A DNA stretch of 64,000 bases from Octopus sinensis (GCF_006345805.1 NC_042998.1:73656001-73720000), one strand, 5' to 3'. Shown: positions 38,523 through 51,560, numbered from the stretch's first letter. Program-made: numbers and translations. Notes: generated from the sequence alone by a model not told the origin.

Positions 38523-39145
38523 GCAAATTATCTGTTATTCAAGAAACAAAATTTATGAATGTACTAATATTATAACGAAATATTGCAAAGTGCATGTAAA
38601 GAATTCCTCTGCATCTAGTTAGAACTTATCTGTAGCAATCTGAAAACCAAGAATTAAAATCACGTGAAGGTGTCTGACGGCCTGGACATTTTCTTTTCAT
38701 TTCAGTACTTAACCAGCGGTTTGTGTTTTGGTTTTACCGATCATTTTCGAGATTACTCTGTAAGCATTCATCTATGAAGCCATCTACGTGTTCGTGTGTA
38801 TGTACAATAGACTCCTTAAAGAGTTACTGAGAGAGGAATTTCTTCATTTCAGCCTAGCATGTCAGAAACAAAATGTTTATGTGATTGCTTGAAGACATCA
38901 TTCCAAGGTTATTGTGGTAAATTGTCAATCTTCTCCAGAATTTAACACCCAGTGGTAAAGTTCTGGTTCAAAAAGTGAATCACTGCAGTCTGTCTATAGA
39001 GAAGATTACGTAAGACAGTGGTTAGCTTGAATTTAACCTTCCACAACATATCTCTCTGAACTGCGATCAGTTTTAGCAATTAAATTCACGAACAACCTAA
39101 TGCGACTTCTACGATAAGTTTAAATTTGTCAGCAAATTAATGTAA
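38523..39145 (-). repeat. Right arm of inverted segmental duplication
   Basis: Reverse complement of 31645-32308. Confidence 0.95.
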
Positions 39146-39874
39146 ATGCATTAAAATTTCAGCATAGAATTTCTCCTTTTCTGACATATTAATTGAACAC
39201 TGACTGACAAAAAGTACCAACTTGATGCTTAAATGGAATTTTGTGTCGATTAAAATAAGATGTCTAATAAATTGGATTTACTATAACATTTACAATAATG
39301 TGATGTTCTTGGAATTTTGTGTGAGAATAGAAACGGTTTCCGTTGCTTTGATTTTGGCATCTTTCATAGGAAACCATCTTCACGAGGCTAGTCGTTTAGA
39401 ACAAAACGAGACGGAAGGAATTGCACAAATACAGTATTTTGCCAGAAACGCGTACTGTATTGTCAATACACCACCATCGACTTTATTTTATCTCAACTGA
39501 AATGGTGAAAAACTGTATGGTTATCACAAAAACGCATCAAGTTTCAAGTAACTGATAATTAAAAATCACTGACTAATGTATTATTAATTAATTACCCAAA
39601 TTCCCTACCACACATATTTAACGAACCAGTTTCCACGCGCTTAATTCTACATACATACAGGCAACAACTTCATGGACAAAAGATGTACTTTCTCTCTTCG
39701 ATGAAAGTCGGACAAGATAAGAAACTAACCAGATCAAGACTTTTTTTTAGTCAATTTTGCTGTCGATGCATTTGTTTTTACCTTTTTGCTCACGTATAAA
39801 TAAATCCATGTACTGTAACCACTTGCTTTACTTTCAAGAATAAAAATATAATTGCTTTTTTTTATGTGCATTAC

Positions 39875-39912
<38 letters not shown>

Positions 39913-40063
39913 CGATACTCTGCTTATATTCTTTACACGTTTACAATAAAGTAGAGACTAAGTTAGATTTAAGTGTAATTATGTATTCTTAATGCACCTT
40001 TTACAAGAACGTGTCCATACATAAGAATGTATGTATGCATGTATGAACCGGCATATATATATA

Positions 40064-40108
<45 letters not shown>

Positions 40109-40972
40109 GTATACATTCGCCTGTGCATGACTGCCACTGTGATTACTGAGCCCAGCCTATAACTTAAGCAATATACAACAGTCGGCTTTATAGTACTGAA
40201 TACAAAATAAGTATCATCTAATTCTTGATTCCATACGGCCCAGAACATATTACATACAAAGTAGAACTAAACATATCGAGCTGCTAAATCTCATCTGCTG
40301 AGAAAATCCATCATTTATTAAAATGTTTTAGATCCTTCCTAGAGTGTATTTATCTTTAAAAAGCGACAAAGAATTGTCAGACCGTCAGGTCATTAAGAAT
40401 GAAATTCTTAAAATGAAATTCTAAAAGAAAAAAAGAAGCAATATAAGAAAACAGACTAACATGGCTTTTAGATGTTTGTCATAAGAACTGTAAAATTACA
40501 CAAGCGGCGTGATATATTAAAAACAAAATTAATGAACCATGGATAAAGAATTTCAGAACTGTCTGAAGACACAGCTATATGAATATAATAGATTGCCATA
40601 TTAATACAGGTAGAATAAAAAATCTATAAACTAATAGTTTTATTCCTTTCTAAACTTCGAAAGTTTTCGACCTAAATCGAAAGGATATTTAGTTCGATCC
40701 CTAGCGTAGTCGGTCACAAAAATTATCTTCTTTTTACTTATTAATGTTTTGCTTTGAATTCATGTTTAAATATTCCTATCTAAAACAGATACAAACAACA
40801 TGAATAAACTATAAACCTTTATATGCTTTTGTTGCTGTTGTTTATTGTAGTTTTTTTTGTATTTTTTTTTCTTTTTGCTTACAATCTCTTGATGTAGGTG
40901 TCTATCAGAAACAACTCGCTGGCTCAAAATCGAAATTATCTAAACTGCTCACATATGCGTGTGTGCGGTATA

Positions 40973-41014
<42 letters not shown>

Positions 41015-41155
41015 ATATATATATAGTGTGTGTGTGTGTGTGTACATGTATGCATACATGCATATACGCTTACATATATATAATACAATGCAGGCATACA
41101 TACATATACATATATCATGCATACATACATACACATAAGTACATGCATAATACAT

Positions 41156-41209
<54 letters not shown>

Positions 41210-41779
41210 TTAAATATGTACAAATATATGTTTATGCATATGTATATATCTGTGTAGGTATGTACATATGTAAATATATGTACATTGATATACGAGTATG
41301 TTTGTGCAAATAAAAATTTCTATCTATTATTGATAAAATAATTTAATTCAATATCCAATACCAATTTTTATTGAGGCAAAACACGTTATATGGAAGCAAT
41401 AAAAAAATTGGACAGTAATGAAAACAATCAGAGCATATAAAGTAATAAGTGAACTAATATAATAGTTTTGCATGACAAAACCTAAATGGAACGACCAAAT
41501 TTATAGCTTATAAATTTATCAACAAACATTATATGTTATAATCTTATTGATGAAAATATTGATTGAAAACAATGGTCAATTCTCTTCCTTTTCTCTGGGG
41601 AACTGTTTCATTTTTATTGGACGTTATTCTTTGATTTTGTTCATTTTATTTCACATTTTTTCCTGCTGTTGTTGTTGGTGCATTTTGTTTTACTTATTGT
41701 TAATATTGTTTTTTATTTTTAATATTATATGTTGCTGTTACACCATTAATATTCGTGTATGTCAGCATTGTTTTTTGTT

Positions 41780-42300
41780 TTGTTGCTATTATTATTATTA
41801 TTATTATCATTATTATTTTTTGTTGTTGTTGTTGTTGTTGTTGTTGTTATTACTTACTGAGTTGTTGTTATTGTTCTTCTATTAATATTGGTGTTGTTGT
41901 TGTCCATGCAGTTGTAACGGCTGTTTCAGTTATTGTTGTAGTTGTTGTGGCAGCTGTTATTATTGTTATTAGTTTTAACAACGTTTCACTGTTTGTTCTT
42001 TTGATGGCGACGCTACTGTAGTAATCTGTTACTGTTCTTTTTCTCATTATTGCCAAACATGCCAGTTACACCAGTACCAACAACACCACACTCACTACCA
42101 ACACTACCACCACCACCACCGCCACCGTTTCCATCGCCAGCGCCACTGCCGCAATCATCGCCACCACCACCAACTACACTTATCATCAACATGATCAATA
42201 CTGCCACGCCACCAGTATCATAGCTCCCAGCATATCATCACTAATATCACCGTTATTACCATTATCATCACTATCACCGTAGTACTTACTATCACCATAC
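41780..42300. repeat. Degenerate trinucleotide low-complexity arrays (TTA/TTG/TGT/CAC)
   Basis: Visible decayed triplet repeats. Confidence 0.85.
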
Positions 42301-42443
42301 CAAGTTATTTCAAACAACTTTGTAATTTGTACATTTCTTCCACTTTATTTTTGAAATATTGTATGGATTTTCATTGCCAGGTACATAGATATAAGGCTAG
42401 ATTGATAGATATGTAGATAGATAGATAGATGATAGATAGATAT

Positions 42444-42506
<63 letters not shown>

Positions 42507-42597
42507 TAGATAGAGACAGACAGACAGACAGAGACTATACACACACACACACATATAAAAATACCTATATATTTACATATAGCTATATACATTTTAA

Positions 42598-42647
<50 letters not shown>

Positions 42648-43681
42648 TAATATATGCATAAACATTTATATATGCATTTATACGCAGACACACACATATA
42701 TAAAAAAGGAAGATAGATATAGCGAGAGAGGATGACAGACTGGATAATGAGAAGAGATAGAAATACATGTTTTGTACATATATATAAAGGATACTTATAC
42801 ATACATACATATATACAAGCATGCATACAAGCATACATACATACATACATTCATGCATACATACATACATACATACATACATACATACATACATACATAC
42901 ATACATACATACATACATACATACATACATACATACATACATACGTGTGTGTGTGTGCGTGTGTGTTTTGCATAATATGCATACGTGCGTATAGATATCT
43001 ATTCCTATAGTCATGTAAATTTTAACATACGCATATATATATTATACGTCCTAATGCAATTATACCTTAGCGTGTGATACGGCAGTTTTGCCAGAGCCTA
43101 CACAGACGAGCCCATCTCTTTATATTTACAACATTGAATATGTATTTCAATTGATCCGCACAAAGTCCAGATGATTTCTCTATAAACATTAACTGAATTT
43201 CCGGATCATAAACCAATATTAATCTGTTTTCTCCAACGTACATGATTACAGTAAATGTTTGATCAGGTTCTCAGAAAAAAACATATCTTTGAATTTAGTG
43301 TCATCGATTGAGAAATGGTTCCTGAAACGGGAATGGTATTGGTTTATGTGTTATATGAGATTATGTATCTTACTAGTGTATCTTTCGAATCTATGATTCT
43401 TCATATCGAGCCAGCAGAAAGGCCTGTATGTGAACGCTCACCCAGCTAGAATAGCTTCCGTATCTCCCTCGACTGCCACCATACGGTTCTGATAGATAAA
43501 ACTTCATTTGATAATACAGGTTTATGTATTGTTTTCTTTAAAATTCCTTGATGGTTATATTTGAAAAAATGCAAGAGTGGACAAGAAGAAAAGTTACCTC
43601 TTTAGTTCTATATTTAAGAGATGAGGAATTATGTCCATTAGTTACATTTGACGGATATTTGTCCTCATCTTGTTTGTTGTT

Positions 43682-43727
43682 ACCGCAACGTTTCGGCTGA
43701 TATAGCCTCCAGCCTTCTTCATGTGTC
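43682..43727 (-). ncRNA. Degenerate minimal hammerhead motif
   Basis: gacac-AUGAAGA-A-GGCUG...CAGCC-GAA-ACGU-U-gcggt. C3 and helix I are mutated. Confidence 0.55.
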
Positions 43728-43780
43728 GGCGAAATTTCGAACCTGGGTTCTCATTCCTAAGGTATTTTTCGAAGTTGTTG

Positions 43781-43828
<48 letters not shown>

Positions 43829-43838
43829 TATTATTATT

Positions 43839-45996
43839 CAGTAGTTTTATTTTTATAGCGTGCTTTCACTTCACTACCGAGCGCAGCTCTGTGTGCCTTG
43901 GGTATGTGCTGTGATTTGTTGTGATGCTCTGATGGTTATTGTATGGAAAGTGTTCTGCGTAGGATGTGTGCAGTGCCTAGTAGTGCAATTTTCTGTATGT
44001 TATATGTGTTTGTAAGTCCTGGTGTTTTTGTTATGTATTTGTCTGAATATTTTTTTTATCATGCCTAATGCACCTACTATGATAGGAATGTTTCTGTTTT
44101 CAGGTTCCACATTCTAGTTACCTCTATTTCCAGGTCTTTGTATTTTGAAAGTTTCTCCATTTCTTTTAGAGACACGTTGTCATCTGCCGGTATTGATACA
44201 TCAATTAGAAAGCATTTTTTTTTCTTCATGATCTCTGACAACTATATCTGGTCTGTTGGCCTTAATTTCTCTATCTGGTGTATCGGCATATCCCAGAGTA
44301 TGGTTGCTTTCTCGTTTTCTGTGACCTTTTCTGGTGTGTGCCTATACCATCTTTTTTCTGTTGTTATTCCATAATATTGGCATAGCTTCCAGTGTATGTA
44401 GGTTCCAACTCTGTCATGTCTGTGAATATATCCTTCTTAGCCAGGACTGGGCAGCTAGAGATAATATGATTATTGTTTCTTGTCCATCTCCACATATCTG
44501 CAGTTACTTGTAATATTTCTTTTCATTACATGTTTTTGGTAATTTCTGGTGGGGAGGCTTTGGTCTTGTGCTGCAATTAAAAATCCCTCTGTTTCTGCTT
44601 TGAGTCCTGAGCTTCTCAACCATGCTGGGATTTTTCTTTGTCTATTCTTTTGCGTTTAGTTTAGTCCAGTATTTACCATGAAGGGGCTTTTCTTGCCATC
44701 GTTTTATCATGGCTCGTTGCTGTTCTATTTTTAGTTTGGATTTCATTTGTTTTATAGCTTTTGTTGTTCTCATTCATCTTCTTCTTCTTCTTGTGTTTAT
44801 TAGGTGGTATGATTTCTTTTGTATTTGTCAGCTTCCTTAAATACTGAGAACAGTTTTTTGTTTTGCTCGTGTTTTGCTGCTATCTGGATCAGTTTTCCTT
44901 CCTTCTGAAGTAGGTATTTTTGCAGTCCTATGGTGGTTATTTTATAGTAGTTTTTCAGCTGTATAAGGCCTCTACCACCTTCTATACGTTGTATATATAG
45001 TCTTTCTATGTCAGATTTGGGTGATGCATCCTAGATCCTGTCAGTATTTTTTTGTTTTCCTATCTATTTTGGATAGTTCATTTCGTGTCCAGTTAAGGAT
45101 ATTGTAGCTGTAACTTATAACTGGGACAGCTAAATGTTGATACCTATTATCTTGTTTTTAGCATTGAGCTCTGTTTTTAGTATTGATCTAACTCGTCTAT
45201 AATATTCTTTTTTTATTTTCTCTTCATTGTGTGTGTTGTTGTCTTATCTAGTTCATGGATTCCTAAGTATTTGTAAGTTTGGCTTTGGTCTAATTCTTTT
45301 ATTTCATTGGTTTTATCTAGTGTGATGTTGTTACTCTTAACTAGTTTTCCTCTTTTCATGGTTACTTTGGCGCATTTTCTAATCCAAATTTCATATCTAT
45401 TTCTTTGGTAAATCCATGAACTGTCTTTAATAGTGTTTCCAGCTGTTTGTCATTTGCAGCGTATAGTTTTAGGTCATCCATATATAAAAGGTGGCTGATC
45501 GTTTTGCCGTAACATTTATATCTGCATCCAGTTCTATTTAGCATATCAGATAGAGGTGACAGTGCCAAGCAGAAAAGGAGTGGAGAGAGCGTGTCTCCCT
45601 GGAATATTCCTCTTCTAATGGGGATGTCTTTGATTTTCATGAGTCCCTCTTGTTTGGAGGTGTAGGACTGTTTGCCATTTATTCATAGAGTGCTCTATGA
45701 ATTTTATGATTGTTGGTGCTACTTTGTTAATGGCTAGTGTTTCGAGGATCCATGTGTGGGGAATGCTACAAACGCCTTTTTGTAGTCAATCCAGGCCATA
45801 CTGAGGCCTTTCTTCTTTCTGTGGCTGTCTTCAGTTACGGCTTTATTAATCATTAGTTGATCTTTACAGCCATATGAGCCCTTGCGGCATCCTTTCTGCT
45901 CTTCTGGGAACAGTTTGTTTTCGTCCAGGTGCTTGTTCAGCCTTTGCGATATCTTATGTTCAGCCTTTGCGATATCTGTTCAGCCTTTGCGATATC

Positions 45997-45997
<1 letters not shown>
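43839..45997 (-). mobile_element. Dong/R4-clade LINE, 5'-truncated, in (TTA)n
   Basis: RT motifs EEQKGCRKG..GCKDQL, AWIDYKKAF, GIFQGDTLSPLLFCLAL, HLLYMDDLKLYA. C-terminal SSCPVLAKKEYIHRHD and [17 protein letters not shown] (restriction-like endonuclease). Frameshifted. Confidence 0.9.
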
Positions 45998-46063
<66 letters not shown>

Positions 46064-46170
46064 TCATTATTATTTCAAGCAATGACCTGAACAACAACAA
46101 CAACTATAATAATAATAATAACATCGAAAAATTCCTTAGGAATGAGAACCCAGGTTCGAAATTTCTCCAA

Positions 46171-46216
46171 GACACTTGAAAAAGGCTGGAGAGTATATCA
46201 GCCGAAACGTTGTGTT
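46171..46216 (+). ncRNA. Degenerate minimal hammerhead motif
   Basis: Helix I GACAC/GUGUU; core UUGAAAA (two transitions from CUGAAGA) plus A; helix II GGCUG/CAGCC; GAA; palindrome ACGU; U17. Confidence 0.6.
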
Positions 46217-46489
46217 AACAACAATCATGATGAGGACAAATATCTGTCGAATGTAAATAATGTAAATAATATAAATAAGAAAAGTTACCTCGGCTTTGCA
46301 AATAATATATAAAATATGAAGATAGGGTTTACATGCGCCGTTCGTAGTTGAATTGAAGTAAGTCCATAGTATTATGCTGCAGAATGAACGCTCCCTCGAC
46401 TAGGTTAGGGCATATAGAAGCATGTATATGTTAACACTGGTTACAGTATGGTGCCACACGTTACTGGAAGCAGAAACACGGTCAGGGAT

Positions 46490-46801
46490 ATGCTACTGAG
46501 GATTCCAGTTGATCCGATCAACGAAACAGCCTGCTCTTGAAATCAACGTGCATGAGGTGGGGCACCCCACAGACACGTGTAGTTCTCTTAACATGGTTCT
46601 CAGGGAGATTCAACACGACACAAAGTGTGGCAAGTCGGGGCCTTCCAAATACAGATACTACTCATTTTTGCCAGCTGAGTGAACTGGAGCAACGTGAAAT
46701 AAAGTGTCTTGCTCAAGGACACAACTGCGTCGCCAGGAATTGAATTCACGATCTAGTGATCGTGAGCTGAATACCCTAACCACTGAGCCACGCGTCTTCA
46801 C
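46490..46801 (-). mobile_element. tRNA-derived SINE, family S4
   Basis: Head gtgaagacgcgtggctcagtggttaggg...gaattcaattcctgg; gtgtccttgagcaagacacttt (CORE-like). The 3' module is shared with 2335-2450. Confidence 0.75.
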
Positions 46802-47714
46802 TTACTGAGGTATATATTCGGTTTTAATACATGCTTATACACGTTATAATATATGTGTACATTACTTGATCTCACTTTCATCGGCAGTGTATTGACTTAT
46901 GGCTTATTACCCAGTGAGCATAACCGACAACTCTCTAATGCTTATTGTTTTATATAAAGTGTCTTTACAATGACTGAGAAGCCATTAATGATGGTCACTA
47001 ACGGAGAGGGAATTGTAAGTGAAAGAAATCAATCAGAATTTCAATTTTTAATGGTTTTAATTAGGAAGAATAGGTTATATCCATAAAATGTTCAGCTACC
47101 ACCCCATCTCACACTAATGGTAAGATTAATGCTGTTTCTCTTCTTGAACATTAGTAAATCGACAGCTACTGAATAACGCATGGTGTTAGGTCATCAGTGG
47201 GTAAGGTGAGAGAAGCTTCCATTTTTGTGCATGCCGACATTAGCATATTTCTGAAATAAGACTGATTCTTCTAGACAGAAAGAACAATTAGAGAATTTGA
47301 TGGTGATGGGGGATAGTTGTGAATGCATTGTCTGAGAGCAATAATCTGCGAGACAGTGCATCTAGAATTAACCTCCGTTCCATTTAGCTGTTGAAAGGCT
47401 TCTTGCATTGTTGTTACCGGAACTATGTTCACATTTTGTGAGTATGTCTATTTTTATGGTGAGGCTGGTGAAAGGAGGATGGGAAGGTTTTTATGATTTT
47501 TTTTTTCTGATTATGCGGTAATGTGGAGCGGAATGTAGCAGTTGCTCACTGTCTTTTCGCGTGAGTATCGTTTATGAAATCTGCATGGTGGAGGAGTTGA
47601 TAGTAGGAGATTTCTGTAAAACCGGAGCAGATCTTTTCATCAACGTCCCTCCAGTAAAAAATGGTTGTATTTTCTAATAATGTACGAAGAGAATGCAAAC
47701 TATCTTTTATCTTT

Positions 47715-47969
47715 TATTTTTTGCTAGCTTCAATCATTTGACTGCGGCCATGCTGCAGCACCACCTTGAAGGTCTTAATCGAAAAAATCGACCATAGGAC
47801 TCTTCTATTTTTTTTAGCTTGGTATTTATTCTATCGGTTCCTTTTGGTGAACCGCTAGGTTACAGGAAAGTAAACACCTAGCACTGGTTGTCAAGTTGTG
47901 GTGGGGACACCAGACACAAGACACATACACACATGCAGATAGATAGATAGATAGAATAGATATATATAT

Positions 47970-48025
<56 letters not shown>

Positions 48026-48185
48026 ATATATACATATATACATACAACAGGCGTCTTTCCGTTTTGTCTACCAAATCCACTCACAAGGCCCGAAGGTATA
48101 GTAAAAGACACTTGCCCAAAGTGACACGTAATGGAACTGAACCCGGAACTATGTGGTTGGGCAGCAAGCTTCTTACCACACAGGG
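47715..48185 (-). mobile_element. SINE S2 with internal (GATA)/(TA) array
   Basis: Tail 47715-47925, microsatellite 47937-48045, head 48048-48185. Confidence 0.8.
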
Positions 48186-49066
48186 GTAAATTTCGTTTCA
48201 CTGGTGGTAATCTTACAGGAATTGCGTTAGAAGGTAAAAGAAAAAATTTAATGTGTTGGGTATTTGAGACAGTGAAAAGCAGGTCATTTCATTCAATCGA
48301 TAGAGTTAGCGTTTTCATCTCGGCTGCTACAGGTACATATAAACCGTTTTAGAGAACTTAAATTATTAGATTTGGTTGTGTAAGTAGTCTGAACGAATAC
48401 ACGTAAGAGGATACATATGACCACTTGTTTAACTGTTTCAAATAGTTTAGTGGTGGTTCATACTTGCTGCCAGACATAGTTTGTACTGTCCGTGTGTGGG
48501 AACATATATGTGTTTGTGTGTATAAGTGTCCACGTCCTTTGTGTTTTTCATGCTATATAAATGTGGGTATGGGTGTGCTTGTGTGCATGTGCGTGCGTGC
48601 ATGTGTGTGGGTGCAATGTGTAAATACAATATATAATAGAAAAGATGATATTACAGGGACAAGGTTTGAACGAGAAATGATATTGGCTTAACGGTTTAAT
48701 GGGAAGACAAAGTGCCTTAACGTTTCAGACGTTGAACAAGCGGTCTGAGATCCAAAAGAGTAAGACACTTTCACTTTCCATTAAATGCTTAAGCTAACAC
48801 AGTAACTGTTAAACCATGTTCATTTTCTATTGTCTGTTAACTGCTTATTGTATTTATACCATATATCTAAAGTTTACGCGGACTCACCCTGTAAGTCTTC
48901 TTGAGACCAACATGGTATTATCACCCGGTTTACTTCGGATATACACACATGTATATATACACGACGAATCACATGAATGCAAAATAAGGTGCAAAACAAA
49001 TAGTACTCGAATACCAAATATATATATATTACATTCACGCATACATAGGTGTGTGTATATATATAT

Positions 49067-49252
49067 AATGGGTGAATTCACAAAAAAAACAAAAGTCGAA
49101 GCCAAGTAGTGCAGATAACAAACAGATGTATTAGTATAACGCTCGGGAAGTGCAAAAGTCTTTAACGTTTCGAGCCTACGCTCTTCCACAGAAAGGAACA
49201 CAGAAAGAAACAAGGAGAGAAAATAAAGAATGTGTAGTGCCTAGCAATCTAT
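49067..49252 (-). mobile_element. Short hammerhead-bearing element, family A, between (TA)n arrays
   Basis: About 185 bp. Ends gtgaattcaccc-attatata. Contains the motif at 49160-49195. Confidence 0.7.
49160..49195 (-). ncRNA. Minimal hammerhead motif, variant core CUGUGGA
   Basis: CUUU-CUGUGGA-A-GAGC-GUAG-GCUC-GAA-ACGU-U-AAAG. Confidence 0.6.
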
Positions 49253-49260
49253 ATATATAT

Positions 49261-49332
<72 letters not shown>

Positions 49333-49345
49333 CATACATATATTC

Positions 49346-49403
<58 letters not shown>

Positions 49404-49425
49404 CATATATTGCATATACATATAT

Positions 49426-49633
49426 GTTGACCGCGTGTGTACCGTTGATGATTTTTCTTCCGTCTTCCCTTCCTTGGATCTTTCCTCTTCCTACGTTTCT
49501 GATGAAGAGCTCCGCTCGAAACGTTAAATCCTCCTTCTTTCGTTCCTTTCCTGAGCGTCCAATAACACTATACTTGTTCCACGTTCTCACGTTGTTGTGT
49601 TTTCTCTTTGTGTTTTCATGTTTGGATTAACTA
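49426..49633 (+). mobile_element. Short hammerhead-bearing element, family B, between (TA)n arrays
   Basis: About 205 bp. Ends tttggattaact-(a/t)a. Homologous to 54627-54830. Confidence 0.75.
49495..49529 (+). ncRNA. Minimal hammerhead motif with canonical core
   Basis: GUUU-CUGAUGA-A-GAGC-UCC-GCUC-GAA-ACGU-U-AAAU. Confidence 0.75.
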
Positions 49634-49722
49634 CATATATATATTACATGCATACATATGCATACGTATATAAACATATATTACACACATGTGTATATAA
49701 TGTATATATATATATACACGCA

Positions 49723-49778
<56 letters not shown>

Positions 49779-50322
49779 AATAGCTATTTGTACTAATCTT
49801 TCATTCTCTTCCAGATACATTTGTAGTCCTATGGTAGATATTTTATAATTGCTTTCTAATTGGTGTTAAGTGTATCCGCACGAAAGATAATATTTCAATA
49901 TCGGTATTTAAAGTGCATACTAAATACCGTCACTATTTCCATTGTCTCCTCTCAAGTTTTGTTAATTCCATTAACTTCAGCTTAAAGTATTGTAACTGTA
50001 CCTTATTGACACCTACTATCGTTTCGTTTGGCATTTCACTCACGCTAAAGTATTAACTTGATACCTATATATGATTCCGTTTTAACCTTTCCTTTCATTT
50101 ACGAGAGTGTAATCTGTCAAGTTCATTATTTCCGAAGCATCTGTAAATATTGTTCGCAGTAATATTATTCTCTTATCTCTGTTTGTTTATCTAACAAGCT
50201 ATCACTGGTTCTTATTGGTTTGCCACTCTCCGAGACGGCCTTGAAGCATATTTTCATAACGAGTGCAATTAGTGCTGCAGTAGATGCTCGCGTGAAATTG
50301 TTCAAAACATACGAAAATAATA

Positions 50323-50787
50323 ATAGTAATAATAATAGTAATGATAATAATAACAACAACAATAACAACAACAACATCAAAAACAATAACAACAGCAACA
50401 ATGAGAAGAAGAAGAAGAAGAAGAAAAGAGAAGAAGAAGAAAAAGAAGAAGAAGAAGAAGAAGGTGGAGGAGGAGGAGAAGGAGGAGAAGGAGGAAGAGA
50501 AGAAGAATAAGAAGAAGAAGAAGGTGGAGGAGGAGGAGGAGGAGAAGGAGGAAGAGAAGAAGGAGAAGAAGAAGAAGAAGAAGAAGAAAGAGAAGAAGAA
50601 GAAGAAGAAGAAGGTAGAGGAGGAGGAGGAGGAGGAGAAGGAGGAAGAGAAGAAGAAGAAGAAGAAGAAGAAGGTGGAGGAGGAGGAGGAGGAGGAGGAA
50701 GAGAAGAAGAAGAAGAAGAAAGAGAATAAGAAGAAGAAGAAGAAAGAGAAGAAGAAGAAGAAGGAGAAAGAAGAAGAAGAAGAAGAT
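50323..50787. repeat. Compound (AAT)(AAC)(GAA)(GAG) trinucleotide array with higher-order units of about 60 bp
   Basis: aaggtggaggaggagg recurs at about 50461, 50521, 50611 (variant) and 50671. Confidence 0.9.
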
Positions 50788-51209
50788 ATTATGTAAATTA
50801 ACAAAATGGTTACACCACAGGTTTTATCTCTGCGTAAGCAAAGAAAATATGGGCCAAAATCTTTGAGGTAAATACTTTGTTCATACTTCACAGTGAGGTT
50901 TAAATTGCTCATTTGGAAAGGAAGAACGCTGTGCTTTTCACATCATACAAAAACGCTATGTAGGGCAGTATAAATTCATGAATTAATCAGTATCATCGTT
51001 GTCGGTGAATTACCTATAATGCAAATCTGATTGAACAATTTAGCTAAACTTGTTTGTATACACAATAAAAAGCTATAGGCAATTTATCTCGCTGTAAACA
51101 GAAGAGGGTATCATTTCTTGTTTCTTTCAAGCTGTAATGGGAAGTGAAGCTAAGCAGACTGATCCCATATTTTTTTCCTTTGCAGAAACGAAACCCGTTG
51201 TATAACTAA

Positions 51210-51560
51210 CTAGCACTATGACCCGGCAACCTAGTGCATGCATATACAGCTGCGTGCGTGCACACATACACACGAGTACTGTCCAAATCTCCGACCAATC
51301 ACATACAGCTAGCTGGCAGTCAATTGGCGTATCAAGTTTCGGGCATTTTGATTGGGTTTTGGATAGAAAATTCACAAAAAAATCACTTCTATTGATTTAT
51401 TAATGGCTTTGCGGGGTGACTGGGGAAATGTAAAGATGTGCATGACCACCCTTGGACGGTTTTGAATGTCCATGGAAAAGGCGAGCCCTCTAACTAAAAA
51501 AATTGTGGATTTTTATAAAGACACCACACACAGACATTTTGCCGTTTATATAGAGAGAGA
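51210..51560 (-). mobile_element. Non-autonomous Helitron
   Basis: Minus strand A|TCTCTCTCTATATAAACGGCAAAATGTC ... GTGCTAG|T. The 3' end resembles the 14246 Helitron end. The hairpin is partly decayed. Confidence 0.6.

Larger units (their letters stand above)
43601..46276. mobile_element. Head-to-head foldback hammerhead element with 15-bp TSD, interrupted by a Dong/R4 LINE
   Basis: Arms 43601-43785 (-) and about 46080-46276 (+) are inverted homologues. Flanking direct repeat aagaaaagttacctc at 43586-43600 and 46277-46291. Central hairpin caggtcatt/aatgacctg at 46059-46089. Confidence 0.8.

Noticed and set aside
46492-46535. CTGAGGA...GAAAC hammerhead-like spacing in the S4 SINE
   Set aside because: There is a 5-nt insertion before helix II and no valid helix III, cleavage triplet or helix I.
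48705-48760. GAAACGTTAAG with a short stem on the minus strand
   Set aside because: No CUGANGA box upstream. At most a remnant.
50341-50796. 151-aa poly-E/K ORF and 236-aa antisense poly-F/S ORF
   Set aside because: Trinucleotide-repeat artefacts.
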